A DNA stretch of 63,068 nucleotides, the filler included, from Choristocarpus tenellus KU-1152 (Eukaryota; Protista; Phaeophyceae): the NCBI GenBank assembly GCA_964200185.2. It is 12 parts of 12 records of this genome, joined end to end, with 100 filler letters (N's around TTAATTAATTAA, not from the genome) between each part and the next. Parts side by side here need not be neighbours in the genome. Positions count along the whole stretch, not along the records: positions 48,941 to 53,397 come from CAXNAD020014467.1; positions 53,498 to 63,068 come from CAXNAD020003566.1; 10 more parts are not named here. One strand, 5' to 3'. Shown here in pieces: positions 51,039 to 63,068 of this stretch; the first letter of the stretch is position 1; the number at the start of each line of letters is the position of its first letter. The translations under genes were made by a program, and so were the position numbers. Under the pieces are notes generated by a model. That model saw nothing but the letters and a program-made list of their open reading frames with translations. It had not been told where the DNA came from and did no database searches.

Positions 51039-54000
51039 TAGGACTCTCCTGAGTTGACAACTGCCACGTCACCAGAATACACAAAGGGATTCCACCAAAA
51101 ACATGTGAACTGTGGCAAACTCAATGCTGCTGATTGCTCGCCAGATTGTACTACGTCATGTAAAATACAGTTGTTTTTTTTACATTGGCGGGGTTAGGGT
51201 TAGGGTTAGGGGCACAATACTTGCCCTAAAGCCACACTACTCGTGAGTGCTCTAAGGTTAGGGCCAAGTGTGAAAAATATATATAAAATGTCAGGATTGG
51301 AATATTGTATGGTTGGTTGGGGGGGGGGGATAGGGTTAGGGATAGGGTAATAGAGCTCAAACTTCATGGCTAGGGTTAGGGATATTGTTGCTCTGTTAAG
51401 GTTGGGGCAAGGGATACTACTACTAATCGTGTTTGGACCATCAGGGGTAGCAATACTATAGGCTACAGTAGCACCAAAAGCACAGAAATAAGAAGTGTAA
51501 GAAGGGAACAAACGATTCACAGGAGATTCAAGTGCACTAAGTATATGCAATGCACGAGCAGACGCCACAGGCAACAAAGAGTACCCACAGGCCCCATTTA
51601 CCCACCAGAAAGCACCTATTGCCTCCAGACAAATCACCGCCTCCACCCTTGGGAACACCTGAAGCATGTGCCTCGTCAGGTCTGCAGCATCCCAAGATGT
51701 TATCAGGCCAAGCCACATGGCAGCCACCAGAGCAATAACCCTTTTCACTGGGCCGCTTTCACCTGCAAGTGCTGCATGTTCATGGAGGTAAGAGTGGGGT
51801 GTTGGTTAAGCACAAAACTGCAATTCCCAAGACCAGAAAACATCTGGGTTCCCAGCACCAGCATACAAAATTGCTCCAGATGAAAGAAGCAGTGCATCGT
51901 ATGCTCCTCCCAGTTGTTGAAGCTTCACAACTGATTGCGGAAGCTCTGGGGTACACCAGAGCAGTCCTAGTGTCTTGGGGCAAAATGCACTAAAATGCAC
52001 TAGCTGAGCCTGTTGCGTAAAATATCGACATTTGAAAAGCATACCGAGGTTCTGCTTGCTCCCCATTGCCTAACTCAGGGCACCCTATATAACAGGCCGG
52101 AGAAGAAAGATTTTGACAAGAAGACGATATGATTCGAATTATCAATTCTGCAATCTAATCTGAGTATCCAGCACTAACAACAAAATCAACAACTCCTCTT
52201 GCGGACAGATATACTCCTTATCCGGACTGCGGTAGATGTGTTTTGTCTCTATGTATAAAAATATCACAACTACAATCAAGAGCGGATCGCATGCCATAGT
52301 AAACGACAATGTCTAGTTCTCCTCACTTCAAGGCATGGCGATGGCGCCTCTTGTGTAAGGACTTGTGTCCACGTTTTCACCCATGTATATGAGGAAACTA
52401 TGTTATCTGTCTTTCACATTCACCTTGGCATTTCCCGTACATATAGTATTCATAAATATTATCTATTGGGCGAAGCATTCTCATATCCGGAAGGACTCGT
52501 GGCCAATGACCAAGCACAACTTGCAACTTTGAATATCAGCAAACCTGTCCTAGGGGTGAGCGATGTCGCCTGCAGCCATGCCACCACAACCACAGTAAAG
52601 AAAACTCTGGTCGCCGCAGACCATCGCAACTCCCTTGTTTCCACAAACGAACTGTGGTCGAGAATCTGTAAGAGAAGGCGAAAAGGGACAAGGATGAGAC
52701 GTCAAACGACATAGTTAATCCAACATGACCTCCATAGGATGGCAACAGTCAGTCTAAGGAAGTAGCATTATCGCACTAGGGGTACAAAACTCACGATAAT
52801 CAGAAAGAGCTGCGTGACGGAGGTAGTGACGACCAGCAGAGAAAGAGCTAACGTCATGAGACTTGAGCCCCTGCGGCTTCCTCCCTGTACACCGTTGTCA
52901 TCGGTATTTCCAGTCCAAACCGGGCCATCTTGGTATCCAACCACCTTGCAATCTGATTCGGTTCCTCTCCTACTAATATACTTCAATGATCCATCAATGG
53001 CAAGTATAACTGATGCAGCAGCCAGCCCTGAAGCGGGCAAGAAGGGGAGAGGGTAGTGAGATGTACAAGAGCCATAGCACACAGACACATATAACCTCGG
53101 ATAGTCTCAGCCGTGCTCCCCCCCACCTATGATAATATTGAGTTGCAAAAACATAATAACTGCCATGACTTGGATTGCACCACATGCAAGCACTGGTATC
53201 TCCCTGTAACCTCGATGCAGTGGTACTCTAACTTGCTTGGTGTTAGAGATATTGCAGTTTTGTGAAGTATATACTACATATTCAGGAACATCTGATAACA
53301 TTCTTAGCAACACGATTGGACCAACAGAAGATAATGTGGAAAGCATGTTTGTCTGTTATTATACCGTATTTCTCGTATGCCATATACCGTTATACCGNNN
53401 NNNNNNNNNNNNNNNNNNNNNNNNNNNNNNNNNNNNNNNNNTTAATTAATTAANNNNNNNNNNNNNNNNNNNNNNNNNNNNNNNNNNNNNNNNNNNNGTG
53501 AAATAGGCACTGGACAGGGAGGGGAGGGGGGGGAGGGGGATTGGAGGTTTGTGAGTTTTTACAATGTACTTTTGTGAGGAGAGCACAGTGGTGTGTAGAT
53601 GCTTTTGTGTCTCTGGCTTTTTTTTTTGATACTTTTTTGGTAGGCGAGGGGATACTTGGATGGGGTGTTTGTTAATGTCTGCAGTGTGACGGCAATGTGT
53701 GATTGTTGGTGTACTCGAAAAGCAGATGCTTGGGGGCATGGGCTCAGGAACTGATGAAGCATTTCTGTGTGCATATGCATGTGTGTGTTTCTCGACTCCT
53801 TTTTCCAGATCAGTTTTTGTAAACACAAAAGGTTTGTTGTTGATTTGTCAAGCTATGGTTAAAGTCGTGGTTTGATAGGTGTGGTCATTGGTACCTAAAA
53901 TAGGTATGTGCCTAGGGGTGATGATGGCATGACCATGAAAACCATCATGGGGCACAATTGTATTAAAGACCTGAGATTCATGTCAGGATACTGTCTGTGT

Positions 54001-54101
54001 TTGTAATTGTGTTGATTCATATCTATTGATTCATATCTGTCCCTCTTTCGGTTCCATTTGCTGGCTTTGTCAGAACTATTTGGCCCACTCGCTTGTAACC
54101 A

Positions 54102-54157
54102 CTTCCTCTTCCTCTTCCTCTTCCTCTTCCTCTTCCTCTTCCTCTTCCTCTTCCTCC
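54102..54157 (+). repeat. (TCTTCC)n repeat just upstream of an ACC splice acceptor
   Basis: Direct observation. Confidence 0.9.
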
Positions 54158-54190
54158 TCCTCGCCCCACCTACCTGTCTTCCTCACTCAG

Positions 54191-57100
54191 GTATCAAATG
54201 AGGTCGTTGGGTCTCCCATCTTCATGATGCAGCTTTGCACCGGTGCCAGGCACATTGAGGTTCAGATTGTGGGAGACGAGCATGGCCAGGCGGTTGCCCT
54301 CAATGGTCGTGACTGCTCCACCCAGAGGCGTTTCCAGAAGATCTTTGAAGAGGCGAGTGTGTTTGTAATGGTTGGGATAAGTGATCTTGTTTGGATGAGG
54401 GATGGGAGGGGGGTTCGACTCATAGATAGTTGGTTTAGATGGACGTTTGTGCCTAATGTTGAAGTGTTGGGAGGTGTGTTATTGAATGAGAATGCTGTTT
54501 AGGTGGTTGGGATGCGAGGGGTTGAAGTGGGGGGCTAAGGCTTGGAGAGGTATTTGTGTGCCATTGATAGGTGAGTGTAAGCACTGAAGTTCAGGGACAC
54601 ACGGTGGTGTACGATTTACAAGAGGTTTGTTTCAAAACTTGAGTGGTGGGCCTTCTTGTTGTGGTGGTGACCAATCTTGTCCTATGGTGATATCACAGAA
54701 AGGTTCAGCCATTATCTGTGCATGCACTTGTGTGCAGTGGGGGTGTTTCATATAATAATGTTAACCCTCTTGGACCACTAAGTTCGCTCTCCTTCCAGTT
54801 GCACCCTCTCCTACGGCAAGTTCCTTGAGATTCTGTGCACTGGAGCATGGTTCACCTTAGTTCAACTCCGCTCTCAGGCGCGATAGCTTTTGTGAAATAC
54901 CCTTCATCTTGAGGCAACACCCCTCGCGTCTATGAGAACACACTCCGCTCCCTGTTCCGGTTGTTTTTGTTCTGCTGTGATGATATCAGGGTCCACCGAC
55001 CATCGTGCCCCCTGAGACTTTCACGGAGATGGAAAGGGCAGCACAGCGCCTTACCCAGAACATCGGGTACCGTGGTGCTGGTACGGTGGAGTACTTGTAC
55101 AACCCTGCCTCGAACCAGTTCTTCTTCCTGGAGCTTAACCCTCGTCTGCAGGTGTGTGTATGGGTATGAGTGTGGTTGCTCATGGTGAGGTTCTAGTTTT
55201 TTTTTTTGAGGAGTGGCTGCAAATGGCAACTATTAGTATTAGTATTAGTAGTAGTAGTAGTAGTAATATGTAACTGCTACACCAACATTTTGAAATGAAA
55301 CTGATGAAACTGGTGGTAAATATATCCTCTTGAGGGAGGTTGAAGGTTGTGGCTGTTACTTGTTTTGGGATACCCCCTGCTGGGCAGCCTTTATGGATGA
55401 ATTGTAATTTATGGATGTGTGACAGACCTCGGCATTTGAGATTCGGTAGGGGAAGGGTCTGCTGTTGGTGGTGGTGCCGTTGTCCTGTAGGGTATGTCAA
55501 TGCAGTATTGGCTGCAATAAAAGTGTTTTTGTGATCATGGAAGGTGGTACCTGTTGGTTGACTCTTCTTGTCGGGCGTGTGTTGACTCATCTCATCTGTT
55601 CATTGTGTGTAATTGATTAGGACTGATATCTTCTGACATCATCCTATGTATGTACATACATCCGTTGTTTCTTTTGGCAGGTGGAGCACCCAGTCACTGA
55701 GGGCATTTCCTTTGCCAACATCCCTTCAGTGCAGCTGCAGGCAAGAAGGGACCTAAAGTTATTGGGTGGATGTATGGATTAGGGATGAAGAGGGTAGCCG
55801 AAGCACTGGGGTGGAGAGATTGTGCAGTTTTTTTTCTTGAAGTCACACTCTGCAACGATCATTGGTCATCTTGTTTTGGTTCGGTGCTTCTTAGTTGGTA
55901 CAGCGAACACATAGGGTTGATAGTACAGACGGATGATTTCTCTCGACCATGGACACCATATTTCCTTGTTAAGGCATTTCAAAACAAGCTCTTATGAACC
56001 TGTACATACCTCTCAATTTAACTGCATCGGCGATGTGGTTCATGTTGCGACATGCGTCTGATTCTAGTGTCAAGACCTCCTATCTCTTGGCACTCAATCC
56101 TCAGTATCTTGGGAGTGCTCTTTGAATACTCGACCTTTCGTGCACGCATACGATATTGGAACTCCCTATGCTCTAATCTTAAACTCTTTGAGAAACGATG
56201 CCTCTTTTTGCATGATTATCTTTTTCCATTTGTGGTTCATGCTCTCAGGTTGCCATGGGCATTCCCCTGAACGAGATACCAGACATTCGTCAGTTCTATG
56301 GCAGGGACCGCTATGGCCATGATGGGATTGACTTCATGACGGAGCCCTACCTTCCCCTCCGGAATCACATCATTGCCGCCCGGATCACTGCAGAGAACCC
56401 TGATGAGGCAAGGGATATTTGGAGTGGATAGTACTTTGTGCGTTTGTCCTTGGTTGAGTTTTTTGGGTGATGTTGATAGTGCTGTTATCTTGTGATGATT
56501 GTGTTCGCCTGCAAGTCAGGGTGAATTTGTAGAGGTGAAGAGACTGGGAGACAGGCTATTGGGTGGGATCAACTATTTGCTTAGGAGTGTTGGTTGACGT
56601 ATTGATTGATTCCTCACGATGTGGAGTAGAGGGACCGAGGAAGTGGGCCAACACTGCATGCAGGAGGTGAGTAGCTGAAGCTGTCCATTGTGTGAATGCT
56701 CTATCTTCCTGGGTTTATCTTGTCTTCTTTATAACTGATGTGCGCTCAGGTGAGGTCCCAATACATGTTTTATTTTTATGGTCCCCTTTTTGCACCCTAC
56801 CATACTAGGTTATTTTGGACTGATGTTGTTACCGGCTAAGTCTACACACGTAGTTTAGTTTGTTTTGATGACGCTGGTAACAATACCTTACTCCTGACCC
56901 AAGATCAACTTTGTCCTTACCTTACCTTCTTTGCCTATTTATTGCTCACTCGTGCGTGTTCCAACCTCTCTTCTCACCCGGGTCCTACCCACCCGTCTCG
57001 AACTAACTAATTCCTGTGCCACTGCGGGGAGTTCAGGGCTTTAAGCCCACATCTGGGACCATAGAGCGTGTGAAGTTCCAGTCTACATCGAGCGTCTGGG

Positions 57101-60100
57101 GTTACTTCTCTGTTGGGGCTAATGGTGGCATCCATGAGTACGCTGACTCACAGTTTGGACACCTCTTTGCCTCAGGACCTACTCGGGAGGCAGCAAGGAA
57201 GAACTTGGTCCTGGCACTGAAGGAGATTGAGGTGTGTGGTAGTGTGGGTGTGGGTGACTGGGTATGTATGCACATGGCAGCCCTGTGCTTTGGAAGGAGT
57301 TTGGTGATTTTTGGGGGCTTGGGTGATGATCGTGGTCCGGGCTGCGGTTCTCAGTTTTTTTTTTTCCTGGTCGGACTGGAGCTGGTACCGAGTACTGCAG
57401 AGGGCGACTGTTGTTGTACCGAAAAAGTACCTTTTGGTGCCTTTTGTATTGAAAAAAAAAGTCGAATTATTGTGAGAAATATTTTTCAGATCCTTCCATA
57501 TCACGGTTTGAAATGTTTTGATTCTGTGATGAATAAAAACCTTTGTCACAGTTTTTTCTTTGATTGTCAATGTGTATGTGTGTGTGTGTTTTCCGATTGT
57601 ATCACAGAGTGTCCATTCACATTGTTTTTCATTTCAATGTTTTTTTTATTATTATTGTTTTGACAGGTCCGTGGCGAGATCCGCACTACGGTTGAGTACC
57701 TTGTGCAGCTACTTGAGACGGACGAGTTCAAGGAGAACACGATCGATACCTCTTGGCTGGACGGACTCATCAGGGAAAAGGTGAGGGGCTCAATACTCTT
57801 GAGAGTCGAGAGGAGCCTTGTGCTTCTGGGGAGTAGGGGGCAGGGGAGGGGAATCGACGATCAGGGAACGGAGTAGTTAGTTCCACCTGTGTTCATCGTC
57901 GTTGCAATTAGTGCAAGGTTCGCTTCTTGGGCAGCAGTGCAGGACTACGGCTGGTGGGAGTAGAGTTAGTGGCGTTGGACACCCGACTTGAATTCCGTTC
58001 CCAGCTGACATCTTTGTTGATGGTGAAAGTTGACACTACGGTATATGTACATATGTGTGTAGAGGTGGAGGGTTAGAAACAGCACATGGTAATGTGGCTA
58101 TGATGTCATCTCCTCTTGTGAGCACATAGTTGTAGACAAGATACCTGTAGATACTGGGGTGATGGGATAGATGGGATAGATGGGATAGATGGGATAGATG
58201 GGATAGATGGGATAGATGGGATAGATGGGATAGGTGTCAACCGAGTGAGGTATTGTGAATAGTACTCTACGTAATACACTCTGCTATGCCTCAGATTTTT
58301 CTTACATCTGCTTTCGCTTTGACTTAATGCACGACTCTCTCTCCCTCTCTCTCTGTTCGATATTCATGTTCACGTGTCTTGATTTGCCCCCACCCAACCC
58401 CTCACCCCTGTTTGTTTGTGTGTGTGTGTGTGTGTTCTTTCTTTGTCAGTCTGTTGGTGTGAAGCTCGAGGCTCATGCTGTTGTGGCTTCAGCAGTAGTG
58501 TACCGTGCCTTCACCTTTTGTCAGGAGGAGATGAAAAGATACTCTGCTCAGCTGGAGAAGGGGCAGGTGTGTCAAGGAGACGAACATGTAATAAATGCCT
58601 TCCATGACCTGTAGGTGCATGTTGATCTTACCCCCTTCTTTTCTGTTTCAAATCCACACTTCTTGTAGCGATGTACTGTTGCTATGTAACCCTCTCTACA
58701 CCACAAATGAATCGGGAGGCGTTTTTTTGGTTGGGATCGTGACCATTTGAGGTACAGTGATGTGTAATCTGTGACCCTAAGCTTTCTCCCTCGCATGCTC
58801 TTCCTCTAACCCTCTTCCCCTCCCCCCACTTTCTTCTGTATATTTTGTTAAAATGTCGTGTTTTGTGTGTGTGGAGTTCAGACTGGTCTCATCGGGGTGA
58901 CTGGGATGAACAGTTTCCCTGTGGAGATCTCTTATGAGGGTGTGAAGTACTCCTTCAGGGTGCAGAGGCAGGCGTCGGATGTGTTCAAGATGTCAATCAA
59001 CGGCCAGGTAATGCATGTGGAATCTTGTCAGGTCATGATGCAATCACTTCTGTTAGGTTGGTGGGTAATTAAGGTTTTTCTTTTTCTTCATCTCTTTTAA
59101 CTCCTTTTTAGTGTGAATACTTTTGTGAGTTATTCCCGAAGGTTTTCCATTGATAAGTTTGCTTTTTTCTACTCTATTTTGTTGATGTTAGTGGCAGCTT
59201 GTGTCCTAGGAGTTGGTAGACATCTTTGAGGCGTTGTGGTATGCGATGGAGCTGGGAATTTCAGTTAGAAGAGTTAGATTATCTATATTTTTGAAGTGGT
59301 TGGTTTCTGATGGAGCCCTACCCATAGCGATAACGTTTTCAGCTACAAAATCAATATATATATATACATAAATGTATGCATAAAATATCTCCCCTAAAAT
59401 ATACACCTCTTAAAAAAAAATGACCTCAGTGATCAATGGTTCTTTTCTTTTGGTCCCCTACGATGAATGTGTTTTGCCTCCCCCATTTCTTTACAATGCA
59501 GGACATTATTGCCAAGGTACGTGAGCAGCGTGATGGCTCTCTCATGGCCACTTTCGGAGGGGCCACCCGTCTTATCTTTGGTCAAGAGGAGCCGCTTGGT
59601 CTTCGCATGGTACTGGATGGGAAGACTGTGTTGCTTCCAAGCATCTTTGACCCGAGGTATGCCCGGAGCACTAAACTACACAAAAAATTTCAATTCCACG
59701 AGTAGTGCTTAATAGTGTCAAAAATGTCTTGGCGCACCTGTGCCTGTTGGCTTCGACTGGGTATGTCAATGTGATAAATGGATGATTAATTTGATGTAAG
59801 TGCTTTGCTGCCGGCCAAGATCTTCCACCCTCAGGGGTGAACTACTGCATAGAAGTATATATATATATATATTCTCGTATAGGATGGTACAAGTGGCATG
59901 GGAATGCTTGAGGAAGTGGTACGGATGCCGTCACCCTTTTTTGTAGCTCATGGAAGGCGGCATATTTTTTGTATGGATTTCTTTTCTGTTTACATGTCGG
60001 TACTTGTCTGCTTTGAAGCGGGACTCTCGGTACGTGCTTGTGTCTGTAGGTTGGGGGGGGGGGGTGATATGATAGTTTTAGAAAAAAATATCAGAGAGAA

Positions 60101-62996
60101 ATAATGTGAAACAAATTTTGAATACAGTTAGAAATCTCTCTGTGCTAGAGAATTAAATCATAGATCTACACGCAATGCCCTCGCCTCCAATTACCACAGT
60201 CTCTGGAGAGTCAAGAGTGTGTTGTTGTAGGAAGAGTCTCAGTCCGCTCTTCTTCCTACTACTGACTAGACCTTTTTCTCAGAAGGTATACTCTAGGGAG
60301 TCAGAACCACCATGTAATTACTCATCTTTAGTAGGCAGGTGTTGTTCCTGTCTGTGGTTGGTTGTTATCCATGTGGATGGATGTTTGTGAACTAAATGCC
60401 TGGGTCTGTATGAGTAGTAGGCGTTATTTGTGTATGTTACCATTTTGTGGAATATTCTCTTTGGATTAGAGACGGGAGTGGAGTTGTGTAAGAAGCGGGC
60501 GTTGACCATGTATCATGTCTTTAGAGAAGGTGATGTCTTTTTGTGTTTCTAAATTTAATTTGATTACTGTACAAATATTTCAAAGCAGTTTACTTCATTT
60601 GTTGTTTGTGGTGATGTACGTAGACCTATACAAAGGTTGTAACGTAGTACAGACTGTTGATGTAGCATTCCCTAACTTCTAAGCAAGAGGTTACTATGAG
60701 AAACGCAAGTGAATTATCATCATGCATGGGATAATTATACATAAATCTTCAAAAGTAGGAATCATGGAATGACAATAGGCCTAGAATAGAGAAGAATGCG
60801 ATGATGTCCAAATCGCTCAGGTACGTATGAGCTGCAATAGAATGACATCATCCATTAGTACTCGTTAGTTGTAACAATCAGTACAAATGCATAACTCGAT
60901 TCTTTGAAGGATCATCCCTTTGATAGATACTGACAGGTGCATGAATGATAGTGTACACTCTGGTGATGGTGAGAGTGTGCAAGGCAGTCTTACCATCCTC
61001 TTTCTGTGCCCCCCCTCCCTGCCCCCCACAAATTTTGCCTAGTGAGTTGCGTTCTGACATCACTGGAAAGGTGGTTCGTTTCCTACAGGAGGATGGCGCC
61101 GAGGTCGCCGCTGGTCAACCATTTGTTGAGGTGGGTGTGGGCTTTGACTGCACTCCAGGGGAAGGAGAGGTGGAGAGATGGGTTGCTGGTTAATTTTGTT
61201 GTGATGTACATGGCATCAGATTTGAAATGGTGCTTGTGTACAATATGTGGGATGAATGATTGTTTCCGTCTATTGATTTGAAGGTAGGCTTTTCGGTGAT
61301 GCATGCGGCTCTTGATTGTGGTGAGAAGACACTTCACTCTTGTGTTTGTCAGGTTGAGGCAATGAAGATGATCATGCCACTCAAGGCCACGGAGACTGGA
61401 AAGATTTCTCACGAGATGTCTCCGGGATCGATCATCAGTGCGGGGGATCTGTTGGCTTCTCTCACGCTGGCGGTGAGTTTTGGTTTGGTAGTTTGCACGT
61501 TGTGTTTTATTATTGTGTGCAAGAGGGGAGGGGGGGAGGAAGCAGGAGGTCGTTCATTTATACCTGTGTGTGTTTGTATGTATGTATGTATGTATGTATG
61601 ATGAGGTATTCTGTAAAATGATTTGATTCTGTTTGTTACTTATTATTCTGGTGTGTGTGTGTGTGTGTGTACAACTAATGTGTGTGTGTGTGATGATGTT
61701 GGTACGGTTGTATTGTGGTTGAGGGTTAGGGTTATGGTTGAAGTTGTTGGGTTCAGCTTTGGTGGGCGTGAGATTATGTGAGTATTGAAATCTGACTGTT
61801 AGAATTGTTGTATCGATATTGAAAGGTGTTACATAGTAGAAGTATCTTTTGGGTTGATGATAGTCTGTGCTGGTATTGAGGAAGCATTTTGCAATGCTGT
61901 CGACACTGTCACGGCAAAGGAGCCAGATAGAATAATATGGGCGTACAATCGATGATGAATGCTGTGTGGACTTTGACTGTAGGTGTTTGGTTGTGAGAAC
62001 ATTTTTGTGACATGAGTACTTGGTGTGACAATGGTTGAAGGTGGTCTAGTTCTAGGTAGAGGTATCGATTCTTTGTGAACCGAGAGTGATGGTTAGGTTA
62101 TCTCAGTGTGCTTTTTTTGGAGGGATTCTTTTAGTCAAAAGTGTAGTGAAAAATTTCAACTCTAACCCTAACCCTAACCCGAAGTGTAGTGTAAGGAATA
62201 TGAAAAGTCTTTTTTAATCTTTTAGAATCTATTTTTATCAAAAGTGTAGTGTAAAAAATTTGTTTCTTGGAACCATTGCTCTCTTCTTTATTGTGTAAAA
62301 CCAACATGTGTTTCTTTATTTTCTTACAATTTTCTTTTTTTCTCAGCTCATCAACTGCTGTAAAACAGTTTTTTTCATTTTAAATGCTTTTTTTCTGCAA
62401 AAAAAGCAAAAACATCAAATATTTTATTTTTCCACTTGTATACATACAACTAACTAAATAACTTTCAGTGCTTCTATTGACCTTCCTGCGTATTTTGGTA
62501 CTAATGATGGAAATTGACCTTCCCTTTTGTCTGTTTCAGGACCCAACCCGTGTCAAGACGATTGAGCCCTTTAATGGACAGCTCAACCTGGAGGATGAAG
62601 CACAGGGTGATGTGGATGACCCGGAGGAGATCGAATCCAAGCTTGGCATGGCCATGCAGGTGCGCAAGCGATTTATTTTTAGGAAACCCTCGGCTGCTTG
62701 CTTACTGCTTGAAGATTGAAATTGCTTGAAGTTCAACAGACAACACAATACACTTTGCCACCTTGCTTGAGTTTGGTGGGGTTCAGTCCCCCCTCCCTGC
62801 CCCTATGTATTGGTCGTTCTCATCGACACTACCTCCCTAGCAGAACATGCCTTCTCTGTAGTGCTAATTGCAGGCTGTTGTCTGTGTCTGTGCTTAGGGT
62901 TTCGACCTGGACTTTGAGACTTTGGTGGCTAGGTTGTTTGCTGGGAGTCAGGACCCGGACAGTCTTGCCTGGAGCATCAAGACCTTGATTGATAAG
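54191..62996 (+). CDS. ACC: Homomeric acetyl-CoA carboxylase, internal part (biotin carboxylase to BCCP). Exons 54191-54352, 54990-55151, 55681-55740, 56249-56407, 57037-57231, 57667-57780, 58450-58566, 58882-59007, 59502-59656, 61043-61130, 61353-61472, 62540-62659, 62898-62996
   Basis: [16 protein letters not shown]|[10 protein letters not shown]|[16 protein letters not shown]|[19 protein letters not shown] and the biotinylation motif VEAMKM. All junctions are in phase. Confidence 0.97.
58161..58232 (+). repeat. (GATGGGATA)n 9-bp tandem repeat x8, intronic
   Basis: Direct observation. Confidence 0.92.
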
Positions 62997-63068
62997 GTGA
63001 AAGTTGATCTGGTGTTTGTGGGGGAGGGGGAGGGGGAGGGGGAGGACTTTGAATAGTGTTACCGTTAC

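Noticed and set aside
49990-51124. Cys/Val-, His/Thr-, Gly- and Pro-rich ORFs
   Set aside because: Translations of microsatellites and poly-G tracts. Long poly-G near gaps may be a sequencing artefact.
51500-53397. Possible retroelement (integrase/RT) debris
   Set aside because: Only faint similarity (LRTD, SQLQSRADRM); cannot be supported by eye.
3282-53497. Recurrent TTAATTAATTAA palindrome as a biological repeat or CRISPR-like array
   Set aside because: Always embedded in identical N padding, so it is a concatenation linker. Gene neighbourhoods across linkers are meaningless.

Overview
This is not one continuous locus. It is 12 short eukaryotic contigs joined by artificial 100-bp linkers (N44-TTAATTAATTAA-N44), plus three 10-N scaffold gaps. 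Intron-rich GT/GC-AG genes, an ASA-F plastid-targeting-type leader and TTAGGG runs point to a photosynthetic stramenopile, probably a brown alga or close relative (inference). Host genes, all partial: glutathione synthetase (3 exons), KLHDC4/Kel3-like kelch-DUF4110 protein (6 exons), homomeric acetyl-CoA carboxylase (13 exons, three with GC donors) and two unassigned genes. The rest is mostly transposon debris: Copia, RTE-like LINE, CRE-like, DIRS/Ngaro-like and possibly Helitron remnants. An abundant MITE family with 4-bp target duplications lies next to a Sola2-like transposase remnant. The most unusual object is a ~2-kb terminal-inverted-repeat element with two convergent, truncated ParB/Srx-like ORFs that form a 142-bp hairpin. 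All protein assignments are by-eye motif recognition, not database searches.
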